A stretch of 63,976 nt of DNA, filler included, from Octopus bimaculoides (Eukaryota): the NCBI RefSeq assembly GCF_001194135.2. It is 6 parts of 6 records of this genome, joined end to end, with 100 filler letters (N's around TTAATTAATTAA, not from the genome) between each part and the next. Parts side by side here need not be neighbours in the genome. Positions count along the whole stretch, not along the records: positions 1 to 6,505 come from NC_068982.1; positions 6,606 to 34,098 come from NC_069001.1; 4 more parts are not named here. One strand, 5' to 3'. A program made the translations under genes and the position numbers. Numbering within the stretch: the stretch's first letter is position 1; each line of letters starts with the position of its first letter. Below, in pieces: positions 1-11,918 of the stretch. The notes beneath the pieces are model-generated. The model had not been told where the DNA came from. It made no database searches and saw nothing but the letters and a program-made list of their open reading frames with translations.

Positions 1-175
1 CGGCCATGCTGGAGCACCGCCTTTAGTCGAGCAAATCGACCCCGGGACTTATTCTTTGTAAGCCTAGTACTTATTCTATCGGTATCTTTTGCCGAACCGC
101 TAAGTTACGGGGACATAAACACACCAGCATCGGTTGTCAAGCAATGCTAGGGGGACAAACACAGACACACAAACA
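1..175 (-). mobile_element. SINE family A, 3' half, truncated by window edge
   Basis: Reverse complement matches the 3' half of the full copies at 9085-9492 and 56553-57215 (CAACCGATGCTGGTGTGTTT...GATAGAATAAGTACT...GGTGCTCCAGCATGGCC). Confidence 0.85.
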
Positions 176-1329
176 CACACACATACACACACGCACTCAC
201 ACACACATGCATACGTACTCGTTTCTTAAAGTGTGTGCACGTGTGTGCACGCGCACATGCGTAAGTCCGTGCCATTTAAACAGGCTGATAATGTAGGTAA
301 TTGAAAAACTATCTACTTCTATTCTGCTTCTTTTCATTCTCTGTCTGAAGATGAAATCCTCTGGACCTTTTGTGATTCAGACAAAGGAAGAGATACAATC
401 ACAGAATTCAGTTACAAGGGAAGTAACTTCTGTCAACTCATTTAAGGGACGTAACATTTAAATTTTGCCCGTCGCAGCATCTAAATTATGGACGGTGTTT
501 TTTTTTTTAATATAATTGCTACGGACACATTTGAATAGAATATATAGAGTGTTCATTACTGATATTTCCAACAACCTTGTCTGTTTCTAGAATATATTCA
601 TTTACTCAAGCTGAACATGTCTAAAATTAAGAAATGTTTAGCTACAGTCGTAACAGATACGTAAGACGAGGGTTGATATAAACATATGTAACTATTTAGT
701 TATACAGAGACAGAGTAAAATAAATATATATTTCAGAGGTTTTATTGTTTTTTCACAGCCTTGCTGGCCAAGACAGTATTCTTACCCACATTAGTAAAGA
801 GGTTATGTGCCTCCAGAAGGTTTATTGAGTTGTCTATGTTGCTAAGAACAATAATGAACGTGAAATCAATATAAATTTCTGACCGACCTAGCCTACGACT
901 ATATTAAATAGTACTGCTCAAAGAAAAAAAAAAAAAAATTCAGTGTACTCTTTTGTTTTTCGGACTTATGATCAACTGAGTGATCTATCACCCTCCCTAG
1001 TCGCAGAGTGTATCGCAACAGGCCACCTCGTGGTTTGTGTTTTATAGCTGCCCTGCCGGCTGTTCATATATACACACTCACGAATAATACTCACTTTACG
1101 GACATGGAATTATACGATCTTGATTACACAACAAAAACTATAGCAGACCTAGAGGGCGTCATCCCCAAAGAGATTCCGCCGAGTTTTCTTCTGATACACG
1201 TCAACTAAAAAAAGCCCTATTTGAATTGGGCAACAGTAGCGACAACAGCTCATCCGGCAGCAACAGAAACACCAGCGACGCATCCGGCAGTGATAGTGGC
1301 AACGACAACGGCAGCAGCAGCATCGCAAC

Positions 1330-1520
1330 GTTACGTCTTTGGTCGACAACATATAATGTTTAAAAGAAAAAAGAAAAGCATGAAGAATTAAATAGAAACC
1401 CTTGGAATGGCCTAGTCCATACCTCAAGGGGAGCAATCGATGCAAGTTTTGCTTGGCTGAGAGGGCAAGGATCCTAAAAAATTCGCTTGACCTGGGGATC
1501 CTAAAAAACTCGCTTGACCC
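1330..1520 (+). pseudogene. Decayed Penelope-like GIY-YIG endonuclease C-terminal fragment
   Basis: Translates with a stop and a frameshift as TSLVDNI*CLKEKEKH...PYLKGSNRCKFCLAERARILKNSLD. This resembles the PLE motif T.LS.HIW.LK...PY..GS.RC.LCL.EK..IL. It contains a 27-bp-period tandem duplication (1469-1519). Confidence 0.45.
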
Positions 1521-2296
1521 TTCTTAAGTTCCAAAAGTGAAATGTTTAGTCGGTACCCTCAGTAACTTCGTTGATAATTCTTCTGATTCCAGTGATTTTA
1601 TAAGGGTTACTGTGCTGCTGATTTGTTATAGTTAAGATTAGGAAGCTATTCATTTAGGATCATGGTTTGTGTGAGGTTAATTTTGTTCAATACTTTAGGA
1701 AGTGTGTGATAGCTGTAATATATATACATCCAGAACCACGCTAATAGCTTAAGAGTGAAATTTAGGATTTCTCGGTTTTCTGTGGATCGATTTTGATAAA
1801 ACTTTTCTCAGTTGGTTTGCACGCTATGCTGACACCATTGTTGTTTCCATTATTCTGTGTAACGTCCTTGCTTTTTTATTTCAGATTCTTCAGTTTTGAG
1901 GGTGAACCACACTAATAGCTTTTGAATGAAAATAGCCCATCTAGACATTTTATTTCAGAAAATGAGGGTTAATGATACATACTAAGCATACATTGAGTGT
2001 ATATTTAGCAGAAAATCATAACAATATTATAACATATATCGAAACGCCGGTGTTAAAACGGGGGTAGCTGATGAAGAAGAATGTTCTCTATGTGGCTTGT
2101 GTGTTTTCTCGTCTACGTTTTGTTTGCAATGTCCTGTACCCAGATATGCACCTATACATACACGTGGATGTCGGTATGCACATACCTGTACGTATATATG
2201 CATATACTCATTTACTATTTGTTTATATATATATATATNNNNNNNNNNATCATGCAGATATTTACTTATGTAAATGTTAACAGGTGAAACCATGGT

Positions 2297-2375
2297 ACGT
2301 AGGTTAATCGTTTTTTTTATTTAGTATTTTTTCATTTATCTTGCCCTCTTACAGTCTGTTGTGACGCTAAATTTT
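2297..2375 (+). repeat. Unclassified dispersed repeat, second copy at ~8885-8965
   Basis: TACGTAGGTTAAT..TTTTTATTTAGTATTTTTTCATTT.TCTTGCCCT.TT.CAGTCTGTTGTG.CGCTAAATTTTT is present at both loci. Confidence 0.7.
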
Positions 2376-2920
2376 TACTGAGAACATATTTTTCGTGGTT
2401 AGATGATTCGGCATCTATTTCTAGCATATAGGAGTTGGTCATTCCTCATATTTTTGTATATTATATATATATATATGAGTGTGTGTATGTATGTATGTAT
2501 GTATGTATGTATGTATGTATGTATGTATGTTGTGTGGGTGAGTGATTGAATGAAAGAGAAATGACAGGTAAAATAAAAATGAAAAATCAGAAAATAGTGA
2601 AAGATAAGGCTTGACATTTAGAAAATATTAAAATGGAAAATTACGTTGCTTCTGATGCAAGGGGGACAACTCCACATGTCTATATGTGGGTGTCTGATGT
2701 TTTAATGATTTCAGTGTTTTTACCATTTCATCAGTAACCACTGATGAGTGTTTCTACGCTTTTATCTGTGATGAGCGTGTTACTGTTAATGTTGCTGTTT
2801 TTCCGATACCTTCCTTTTTCGCCTTATATTTTCTAAGTAGAAGGCCGTAAAACGGTTCTTACTGCCAGGGATTTCTACTCAATTCCACCAATTTCTAATT
2901 GACTTATCATTCGTCACAAT

Positions 2921-3135
2921 GGAAGCGCGTGGCTTAATGGTTAAGGTGTTGGACTCATGATCGTAAGAGAGTGATTTCGATTCCTGGACCAGGCGACGTG
3001 TTGTGTTCATGAGCAAAACACTTCATTTCACGTTGCTCTATTCCATTCAGCTGACAAAAATGAGTAATCTTGCGACGGACCGGCATCCCGTCCTGGGGGT
3101 GGGGAATATATATGCCATGGAGAAGGAAACTTTAC
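2921..3135 (+). mobile_element. tRNA-derived SINE family C
   Basis: Head GGAAGCGCGTGGCTTAATGGTTAAGGTGTTGGACTCATGATCG...TTCGATTCCTGG has A/B-box-like motifs. The body matches 15655-15880. Confidence 0.75.
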
Positions 3136-3139
3136 CTAT

Positions 3140-4720
3140 TTTACCCCACAATGATGTATTCGACCGGGTTTGTCTTGTAGTTTTGTGAATCATTAGGGCA
3201 GAGAAGTCCATAAAAACCTTCCTGGACAATTTGCGCTCACTAACTTCCTGTATTCTTATATCGTGTCGTAAAGTTGGCGACAAGCCAAGGGCCCAAGACA
3301 GCTTTCATGTACATGACCATGTCCCTTGTATTTTTCTTATTCATGAACTGCAAAACCATCAACTACCTCTACCGATTACCAGTCAAAAATCTGTTAGGTA
3401 TCTCTCTACCTACTCTTTCGGGAATATTTCGAAGATTCTCTGTTATTTAGAAAATAGAAGTCACTTTTGACCAATAACAAAATGAATCGGAGCTAAAACT
3501 TAGTACAATATATTAAACTGTTATTAAATTAAATTCAAAAGCAAACAAACAAGCTCAGCCTAACCACACAAATAAAAGGTCACCTCATGGGTAGAATCAT
3601 GCTACCCCATGATTCTTACCCCCTTCTATGCTGTTAACCTTCACCAACTGTAGTCCCCCAAAATTACCCGTAAGCGTTTTCGTCTTTAACTGAGCCGTGA
3701 AATGTCTTACATCCTCTAGAAAAATGATCCTTTAGCTGTCGATAGTACTCTGATATGGCCCTGAACAAGCATCTGTCTTTTAGAATTGCCTGATAAACTT
3801 CTCCCAAGCAGACTATGGTTATATCTTCGAATTAGCGTTAAGTTCAGCTACTTCAGCGTGAGTATCTCTTAGTGAGCAAATCCCTCTCTCACTTAAATTT
3901 AATTTAAGTTAATTCCTTTTAAACTCTTCTTTCTTCTTTTACTGTCGCTTGCATGCGAAGAAATCTCAATTTTCTTTTCTTCATTTTTCCCCTCTTGTTT
4001 CTTTTCTTCTTGTTTGTCCTCTTCCTTCTTTTCTTCTTTTTCCTGTGTAGGATGGCTGTTCTACACAGATAGCGCCCACTAACCAGGCTACATCTATTTC
4101 TGGAGGTATGTCTTCTATCCTTACTCTGGAAGCACGTCTTCCAAGGTATATGGGTAGAAACACTACCTCCTCTGTTTTTAAAGGGTTGCCGAGTGTAGCC
4201 TGGCGGTCGTTGCATCTCGGAACCGCACCTCCACAGTTCCAAACTTTCGGCCTCCGTTGAGGTAAACAATTTCTCTCCATATTGGCTTTAACGCCCTTTC
4301 AATTTGGGCAACCGTCTTTACCTCAATTTTCTTGTTCTTCACAGAAAATGTTCTGTAAATAATTATTTTCTCCTTCTCACTTTGCATTAATTCTTGGGAA
4401 GGGGACACCTTCACATTGTGTCCGTCCCTTCTTAATATCTCCTTATTTTTTCCGATTTCTTACAAATTAATTTGGGTTTTGGTGGCTTCTGGCCACCGTT
4501 GCGAAGTCCATTTTTTCTGTCTGCGTTCTCCAGGGTTCTTATTAGTTCCTCTTCTGAAGAAGAGAACTCCGAGGTGCTTAAGTTCTCATAATTTATCATC
4601 ATTTTTTCTCAAAGAGCGTTGCCCTCTTCAAATAAGGGAAACAGCGTTAACAAAACTGCCGCAAGGAAGCAAAAACAAGTCTAAAAAAAAACACAACAAT
4701 CAACAATAAGCACCTTTCCA
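3140..4720 (-). mobile_element. Decayed Tx1/L1-like non-LTR retrotransposon, copy A (5' region, ORF1, endonuclease remnant)
   Basis: ORF1 pieces at 4414-3981 read KEKIIIYRTF...GGRKFGTVEVRF...RVRIEDIPPEIDVAWLVGAI, homologous to 46101-46689 and 44274-45025. A frameshifted VILGDY endonuclease motif lies near 3650-3670. Confidence 0.7.
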
Positions 4721-5321
4721 TAAACGTAACTGACCTTTCGAACAACGTGCACAAAAAAAAAAAAAAAANNNNNNNNNNNNNNNNNNNNNNNNNNNNNNNN
4801 NNNNNNNNNNNNNNNNNNNNNNNNNNNNNNNNNNNNNNNNNNNNNNNNNNNNNNNNNNNNNNNNNNNNNNNNNNNNNNNNNNNNNNNNNNNNNNNNNNNN
4901 NNNNNNNNNNNNNNNNNNNNNNNNNNNNNNNNNNNNNNNNNNNNNNNNNNNNNNNNNNNNNNNNNNNNNNNNNNNNNNNNNNNNNNNNNNNNNNNNNNNN
5001 NNNNNNNNNNNNNNNNNNNNNNNNNNNNNNNNNNNNNNNNNNNNNNNNNNNNNNNNNNNNNNNNNNNNNNNNNNNNNNNNNNNNNNNNNNNNNNNNNNNN
5101 NNNNNNNNNNNNNNNNNNNNNNNNNNNNNNNNNNNNNNNNNNNNNNNNNNNNNNNNNNNNNNNNNNNNNNNNNNNNNNNNNNNNNNNNNNNNNNNNNNNN
5201 NNNNNNNNNNNNNNNNNNNNNNNNNNNNNNNNNNNNNNNNNNNNNNNNNNNNNNNNNNNNNNTATCAATTAAGATGCATTTTGTGTCTGTTGCGTAGTTT
5301 TTGGGTAGTTTGACTCGAATA

Positions 5322-5705
5322 AGTCGCAATGGCCCAGTGGTTAGGGCAACGGACTCGCGGTCATAGGATCGCGATTTCGATTCCCAGACCGGGCGTTGTG
5401 AGTGTTTATTGAGCGAAAACACCTAAAGCTCCACGAGGCTCCGGCAGGGGATGGTGGCGAACCCTGCTGTACTATTTTACCACAACTTTCTCTCACTCTT
5501 ACTTCCTGTTTCTGTTGTGCCTGTAATTCAAAGGGCCAGCCTTGTCACACTGTGTCACGCTGAATTTCCCCGAAAACTACGTTAAGGGTACACGTGTCTG
5601 TGAAATGCTCAACCATTTGCACGTTAATTTCACGAGCAGGCTGTTCCGTTGATCAGATCAACTGGAACCCTCGACGTCGTAAGCGATGGAGTGCCAACAA
5701 CAACA
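5322..5705 (+). mobile_element. tRNA-derived SINE family D (tRNA-Arg-like head)
   Basis: Head GCAATGGCCCAGTGGTTAGGGCAACGGACTCGCGGTCATAGGATCGCGATTTCGATTCCC has A and B boxes. The 3' body is shared with 29678-29975 and ends in a CAA-repeat tail. Confidence 0.8.
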
Positions 5706-6364
5706 ATGACTCGAATAATGTTTTTTTTAATTTTGTATTTTTTTCTATGGATGTACTTTTTCTGTATGTCATTAGGTATGCTATGTGTTTTGGTAGGGTT
5801 TTTTCTGTGTTGCGTGTCTGCATGTGAATGCTTGGCGGAATCCTGCCAATACTCTAGACATACGTTTCTCTGTACCGTATCTCCACTGTACCGTATCTCC
5901 TACCTCTCGTGTAAGAGATGTCGCCTCTTATCGTGTCCAAACATTTTTCTATGGCATCCTTCGGTGCCATCTCGATCTTTTTTTTTTTTCGGCAAATACA
6001 GTGTCCTGTACATCACCGTTCTTCTCACTTTTCCGGTTGTTTTCTCCGGAGGGGATAGAACTTTACGCTTACCCCCACCCCCCATCTTTCTATAAATTGC
6101 ATGCAATAACGCAATGCTTCCCGGTAAATGATAGCTTCTCGCATTTCCAACTATCTCACTGTCTTCGCCATGTTCCCATTTCCAGCTACAGACGCGTAGC
6201 TTACTTCTCGCGCTCCGCGTCCATTTCAGACATCTTATTATTATTGCTACATCGATAGCAATAATAACAGAGCAACAGTATTCCAAGGAACGTAACAGTA
6301 GGTACACAGCCGCAAAGAAAATCACACTAGCAAGCTAGGAGGTGATTGGAGCTATTGTGAAAAA

Positions 6365-6495
6365 AATATGAATGTTAATCTATTGATGCATTTGGGCAAG
6401 TTTATGTCTGTATTATCAGACAATTGCAAACAAACTATATATATATATATATTTTTAAATTCAAAACTGCAAAAATCCGGTACAAATTCCTCGTA
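6365..6495 (+). repeat. Unclassified dispersed repeat, second copy at ~47085-47200
   Basis: ATGTTAAT.TATTGATG.ATTTGGGCAAGTTTATGTCTGTATTATCAGACAATTGCAAA...AATTCAAAACT..GCAAAAATCCGGTACAAATTC is present at both loci. Confidence 0.75.
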
Positions 6496-6549
6496 TATAT
6501 ATATANNNNNNNNNNNNNNNNNNNNNNNNNNNNNNNNNNNNNNNNNNNN

Positions 6550-6561
6550 TTAATTAATTAA
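6550..6561. other. Assembly gap spacer TTAATTAATTAA (also 34143-34154, 53256-53267, 60719-60730, 62677-62688)
   Basis: An identical 12-mer with stops in all six frames is embedded within N runs five times. Confidence 0.9.
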
Positions 6562-6605
6562 NNNNNNNNNNNNNNNNNNNNNNNNNNNNNNNNNNNNNNN
6601 NNNNN

Positions 6606-6848
6606 CACATAAAAGACACCATTTCGAGCGTGGCCGTTTTCGTGCGGGTGACACGTAAAAGCACCCACTACACTCTCTGAGTGGTTGGCGTTAGGAAGGG
6701 CATCCAGCTGTAGAAACTCTGCCAAATTAGATTGGAGCCTGGTGTTGCCATCCGGTTTCACCAGTCCTCAGTCAAATCGTCCAACCCATGCTAGCATGGA
6801 AAGCGGACGTTAAACGACGATGATGATGATGATGATGATGATGATGAT
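6606..6848 (+). mobile_element. RTE-clade LINE 3' UTR/tail
   Basis: GTGGTTGGCGTTAGGAAGGGCATCCAGCTGTAGAAACTCTGCC...CCCATGCTAGCATGGAAAGCGGACGTTAAACGA(TGA)n. It is near-identical to the tail at 28619-28737, which follows RTE RT coding sequence across an N gap. Confidence 0.85.
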
Positions 6849-7420
6849 AAAAGGTAGAAAATATAGTTTAAGCCTCTGCCTATCTTGTGTATGACATGTG
6901 ATATGCAGGACATATTTCCCTGGTGTCCATGCACCATATAGGATACACATTCTCAATTTCATTTTAACCATTGGACACAAAATTTTAGGACAAAGCTATG
7001 AAAATGTGTTAGACAGGCAAAGTCTTAAATGTCAAACAATTGTCTCCATAGCTTGTGAGGGGCTGTGATTGTAACAGGAACCTGATGGTGGGGGTTAACC
7101 ATTTGCCTGTCACATCTGATAAACAGAACATATTTCCCTGATGCCCATGCATTGTTTTCAACCATTAGAGTGATTTGGGATTTGTAAAAGGAAAGCTTAA
7201 TCTTATCTGGAATGTATGAAACAAGAACCAACTAAAAACAAGGCTGAAAACAAGAATGGACAAACTTAGGAAAAGATTTTGGATGTGCAAAGGACAAATT
7301 ACCCTCATTAACCATTATTAAATGTTGTAGCACCAATCCAGATTGGTTTAGTTCCTTACAGATCATTGGAAATAAAAAAGGGACAAACAAAGATGCTGTT
7401 GACAACAACTCTTTAAAGAA

Positions 7421-7556
7421 AGCTGTGTGGTAAGGAGTTTGCTTCCCAACCACATGGTTACAGGTTCAATCCCACTGCTTGGCACCTTGGGCAATTGTCT
7501 TCTGCTATCGCCTTGGGCCGACCAAAACCTTGTGAGTGGATTTGGTAGATGGAAAC
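7421..7556 (+). mobile_element. SINE family A, 5' half
   Basis: AGCTGTGTGGTAAGGAGTTTGCTTCCCAACCACATGG...GGGCCGACCAAAACCTTGTGAGTGGATTTGGTAGATGGAAAC. Confidence 0.8.
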
Positions 7557-7588
7557 AAAGTTTTTCTTTTATACGTACATACGTATGT

Positions 7589-7633
<45 letters not shown>

Positions 7634-7914
7634 GAAAAGATTCGGGGGAGGGGGGCATAGCTAAAAGTCGGTTGAGAACCACTATCCTAACCACTGAGCC
7701 AGATGCTTTCAACACAGAACCAACAGTTGCACTGAAAATAACTGAAAAGCCATGAATATCAACGGTTTTATCGTATTGAGAGATGAGAGCAGAAATGACA
7801 GCAAACTCTTTTGAAAAAAGAAAAGTGAAAATAGCAAAGAAACACTGTGACTAAAGTGTTCATTCATATCGTGTGTGCAAACACATGTTTTACATGTGGC
7901 AATAATGCTGTTTT

Positions 7915-8303
7915 TTGGCTGTTATTTCTAGCATATGAATTTCTAGCAATAATGCCTCTGGAGCAAGCTGCTTTAATATTTCCTTAAATGAACACTTTGA
8001 TTTCACTTTGTCATATTACGGCGGGAAATTACTCTGAAAGGCATCTTTGCAGAAAGGTGAGTAGATTGATTACTTATTTCATTTATTTCTTTCATTATGT
8101 CATCGTAGTTTTGTGAGATTTGGCTGTTATTTCTAGCATGTGAATTTCTAGCAATAATGCCGTTTGTTTAAAAAAAAAATCTATTATTTCCTTTGGAGCA
8201 AGCTGCTTCAATATTTCCTTAAATGAACACTTTGATTTCACTTTGTCATATTACGGCGGGAAATTACTCTGAAAGAAATCTTTGCAGAAAGGTGAGTAGA
8301 TTG
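7915..8303 (+). repeat. Local tandem duplication (~155-185 bp units at 7915-8068 and 8120-8303)
   Basis: Both units run TTGGCTGTTATTTCTAGCAT.TGAATTTCTAGCAATAATGCC...GGAGCAAGCTGCTT.AATATTTCC...CTTTGCAGAAAGGTGAGTAGATTGA. Copy 2 has an internal insertion. Confidence 0.85.
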
Positions 8304-9084
8304 AGGGGGTCTTAGCACATGCTTACATCATAACTCTGCCGAGTTTTGCTTTCACTATCGAAAACGCTACGTATCTTTCAGAAAGCTCCTAAGCAATTTA
8401 ACTTTATGCGGCAATCGCTGTTTATGTGCAGGCTATGGTGGGAAAACAGAATAAAGGGGCTTTTGTTAGCTTATCTCTCTGAAAAAATAGCTCCCTTTGC
8501 TGTTAAACTCACAGAAGGAAGTCTCAATGTCTTCCTTCAATTTCTTTCCACCATTTATGTGGCTGTTTCTGACAAGGAACTTCGCTTTCATACAAAACAA
8601 CTATATTTTGTAGTCATTATCTGTAATCTACTCCCAAAACACTTCAGTAGCTTAACTTTTCATCGCTTGCCAACTTATATGTTCTATGATCATTAAAGCG
8701 CGAGATTTCCACAATATCCAGCCTTCAATTCGATCTTCCATTCCTAGGTTAATCAGAAACATTGACTGCCATGCTATTCATAAGCCTTCTCAGTAGTTCA
8801 ATTATTTGGTGAGAAAAATACCACCAAAGCAACTTCAATCGTCCAAAAGACAGGTACGTTTGCTATTATATATATATATAAATTTACGTAGGTTAATGGT
8901 CTTTTTATTTAGTATTTTTTCATTTGTCTTGCCCTTTTGCAGTCTGTTGTGTCGCTAAATTTTTGTATGTAATATAATTTTAATCTTCGGATTTTTTTAA
9001 TATACTAGATCACTGGTTTTAATTGATTAATATCAATTTCTACCCCTATTAATAAATTATATATGTATATATACATAAATATAA

Positions 9085-9492
9085 GGAGTGGCTGTGTGGT
9101 GGGTGGCTCGCTTACCAACCACATGGTTCCGGGTTCGGTCCCACTGCGTGGCACCTTCGGCGGGTGTCTTCTACTATAGCCTCGGGCCGACCAAACCCTT
9201 GTCAGTGGATTTGGTGGACGGAAGCTGAAGGAGGCCCGTCGTATATATGTATGTATGCATATATAGATGTGTATGTATGTGTGTGTATATGTTTGTGTGC
9301 CTTTGTCCTCCCAGCATCGCTTCACAACCGATGCTGGTGTGTTTGAGTACCCGTAACTTGGCGGTTCGGCAAAAGGAGACCGATAGAATAAGTACTACGC
9401 TTCCAAAGAGTGGGGTCCTGGCGTCGATTTTCTCGACTAGGGGCGGTGCTCCAGCATGGCCACGGTCGAATGACTGAAGCAAGTAAAAGAGT
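9085..9492 (+). mobile_element. SINE family A, near full length
   Basis: tRNA-like head (GGAGTGGCTGTGTGG; GGTTCGGTCCC B box), central TA/TG microsatellite, and 3' body ending GGTGCTCCAGCATGGCC...GACTGAAGCAAGTAAAAGAG. Confidence 0.9.
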
Positions 9493-9544
9493 AATTGTAT
9501 TTGTCCCTTCTGTGTACAACCCTGCGTGGCAAAGAAAAGAACGT

Positions 9545-9563
9545 TATCTATCCATCCATATAA

Positions 9564-9594
<31 letters not shown>

Positions 9595-9644
9595 ACTATC
9601 TATCCATCCATCCATCTATATAACTATCTATCCATCTGTCTATT

Positions 9645-9701
<57 letters not shown>

Positions 9702-9800
9702 GTTTGTCTATCTATTTATCTATCTGTCTGTCTGTCTGTCTATTTGTCTGTCTATCTATCTATTTATCTATATGTCTATCATCTGTCTGTCTGTCTATTT
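9545..9800. repeat. Compound (TATC)n/(TGTC)n microsatellite
   Basis: Directly visible. Confidence 0.95.
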
Positions 9801-9809
9801 ATCTGGCGG

Positions 9810-9980
9810 TGTTAGGGTTCACGCGTACACCTGCACCTGTTCGTGTGACACCTCTCCCCGTCTTCCCTCCTTGATGAAGCTGTGGTGAGGGGAGTGTAAA
9901 GAAATGAACGTCGAAAGAGTTGGTTGCTATGGATACCGGCGTTCGTTATGAGATCGTCTGCTTGGCTTGACCACGCCAAT
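9810..9980 (+). mobile_element. Possible LTR fragment
   Basis: GC-richer segment that begins TGTTAGGG abruptly after a microsatellite. No partner LTR, PBS or CA end is seen. Confidence 0.3.
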
Positions 9981-10984
9981 TCTCAAAACGATTTTAAAAT
10001 GGCTAAGAAAAGCCGAAAACAATTTTAGAAAAAATCGGTAAATTCGCCCACACAGGGCAGATTTCCCGTGCAAATAAATTACACAACGGAATGTATCAGT
10101 TGTTGCACAACTTTTACATAAAAAATATAATCCAAAAACAACTTTTTAAGGCAATAAAAGGGTGTTAAAACTATGAATGTTTGAACCCGAGCTCAAAAAC
10201 GAAATAAAATTTAGTGTAAGAGGCGTAAAACAACTTTGCTGGGGAAGGAATAGGAAAAAGAAAAGGAAAAAAGATTGCGCGCTCGCGCATCAACGGAATA
10301 CACTGTCTGCAAGTCGTTGGGTACGACATATTCTCCTCCATTTTCTTATTGCTATATAAATTCAAACTTTGAATTACGGAAAGATATGGATAAGTACTGT
10401 TTTTACTTTGTTAAAGATTTTCTATTTGAAAATAATATGTATTCTTGTTTTTTATATTATTCATTTGGTTCTTTAAAGATTATTTTTAATACATAACTTA
10501 TTTAACACTAAATTATTTAGAAGTTATAGTTTCATTTCAACACAATATTAGAACTTCGATTTGAATAGTGTTGATATATTTTCAATTGTTTTTGATTAAT
10601 AATATTTGATTAATAATTAGTCTTTATTGTTTATAATATTGTTAAAGGTTTTTTAAAATTAAAACTTTGTATATATATATGTGCACCAGCATGACCGCAG
10701 CCACTTGGCTGAAACACATAAATAAATATATAAAGTTTAATCTTTTATTCTTAATAATTTTTTTCTTTCCTAATTTTTTTATTCATATTTTTATTTTTAC
10801 GTTTGTAGAAATTAATATTCTTGTATTTTTCTATTATTCAATTGATTTTTAATGATAATTAAATAAACGTTTTTAGTTTTAAATAGTACAGCTTTAACTA
10901 TTACACCGGTTAAATATGTACTAATTTTATCTTTATTATTTTAAACTTAAACTTCGAGAGAGAGACAGACAGACAGACAGACAC

Positions 10985-11036
<52 letters not shown>

Positions 11037-11037
11037 C

Positions 11038-11390
11038 CATGAAGACATGGGAGGAGGTGGTGAAGCAGGATCTTCGAAAGTTGGGACTCATGGAGGCAAT
11101 GACAAGTGACAAACCTTTGGCGATATGCTGTGCTTGAGAAGACCCGGCAAGCCAAGTGAGATCATAGTCGTGGCTAGTGTAGGGGTCATGTAACTGGCAC
11201 CCTTGCTGGTGGCACATTAAAAGCACCCATCACACTCTTGGAGTGGTTGGCATCAGGAAAGGCACCCAGCTGTAGAAACTGTGCCAAATTGGATTGGAAC
11301 CTGGTGCATCTCTCCAGCTCCCTAGTTCCAGTCAAACTGCTTTACCCCTGCCAGCAAGGAAAACAGATGTTGAATGATGATGATGATGAT
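11038..11390 (+). mobile_element. RTE-clade LINE 3' end (ORF C-terminus, UTR, GAT tail)
   Basis: Translates MKTWEEVVKQDLRKLGLMEAMTSD / LWRYAVLEKTRQAK*, the typical RTE C-terminus RP.KTW...V..DL...W. The tail family of 6606-6848 follows. Confidence 0.85.
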
Positions 11391-11392
11391 AT

Positions 11393-11610
11393 ATCATCAT
11401 CATCATCGATTAACACCCGTTTTCCGTGCTGGCAGGGGTTGGATGGCTTGATAGGAGCTGGTAAGGCCGGGGACCACACCAGGTTCCATAATCTGTTTTC
11501 GCTTGGTTTGTACAGCTGGATGCTCTTCCTAATGCCAACCACTCCAGAGAGTGGACTGGGTTCTTTTTTTTATGAGGCACCATCAGCAGTCTTTTTCAAT
11601 GGCACCAGCA
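11393..11610 (-). mobile_element. RTE-type 3' tail, inverted against the previous copy
   Basis: (ATC)n then TTAACACCCGTTTTCCGTGCTGGCAGGGGTTGGA...CAGCTGGATGCTCTTCCTAATGCCAACCAC, the reverse complement of the tail. Confidence 0.85.
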
Positions 11611-11918
11611 CTTGCGCTCTTAACATGTATTCATGATGTGTGTATGTATGGATGTGTGTGTAGATTAGTTACGGGACTCATTAGAATCTAGGCATATCAA
11701 CAAGTAGGGTACCACAACTGGCTGGGTACCATAGCACAGAGTTCAAATTAAGGTAAAGCAACCATTAGGTGTCATTTGTTGATAATATACTGAAGACGTG
11801 TGTATACATACACATACACACACATACGTACATATATACAGACACACACACATTTATGTATTTGTCTTGTAAGATTTGTGATGTGAAAACGTGTATTAAA
11901 ACAGACATTGTTATACTC

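Noticed and set aside
2700-2790. TCATCAGT-AACC-ACTGATGA hairpin and minus-strand CTGATGA...GAAA
   Set aside because: Stem II has two mismatches in five and stem I does not pair, so it is too degenerate to call.
5322-5400. tRNA genes at SINE heads (also 2921, 9085, 23525, 56553)
   Set aside because: They have A/B boxes, but the cloverleaf is incomplete and each continues into a repeated SINE body.
6550-6561. Repeated TTAATTAATTAA islands as a biological motif
   Set aside because: They always sit inside N runs and are identical six-frame stop spacers, so they are an assembly artefact.
6745-6775. Minus-strand CTGAGGACTGGTGAAACCGG in RTE tails as a hammerhead
   Set aside because: There is no stem II between the core halves; it is a chance match in the antisense strand of the tail.
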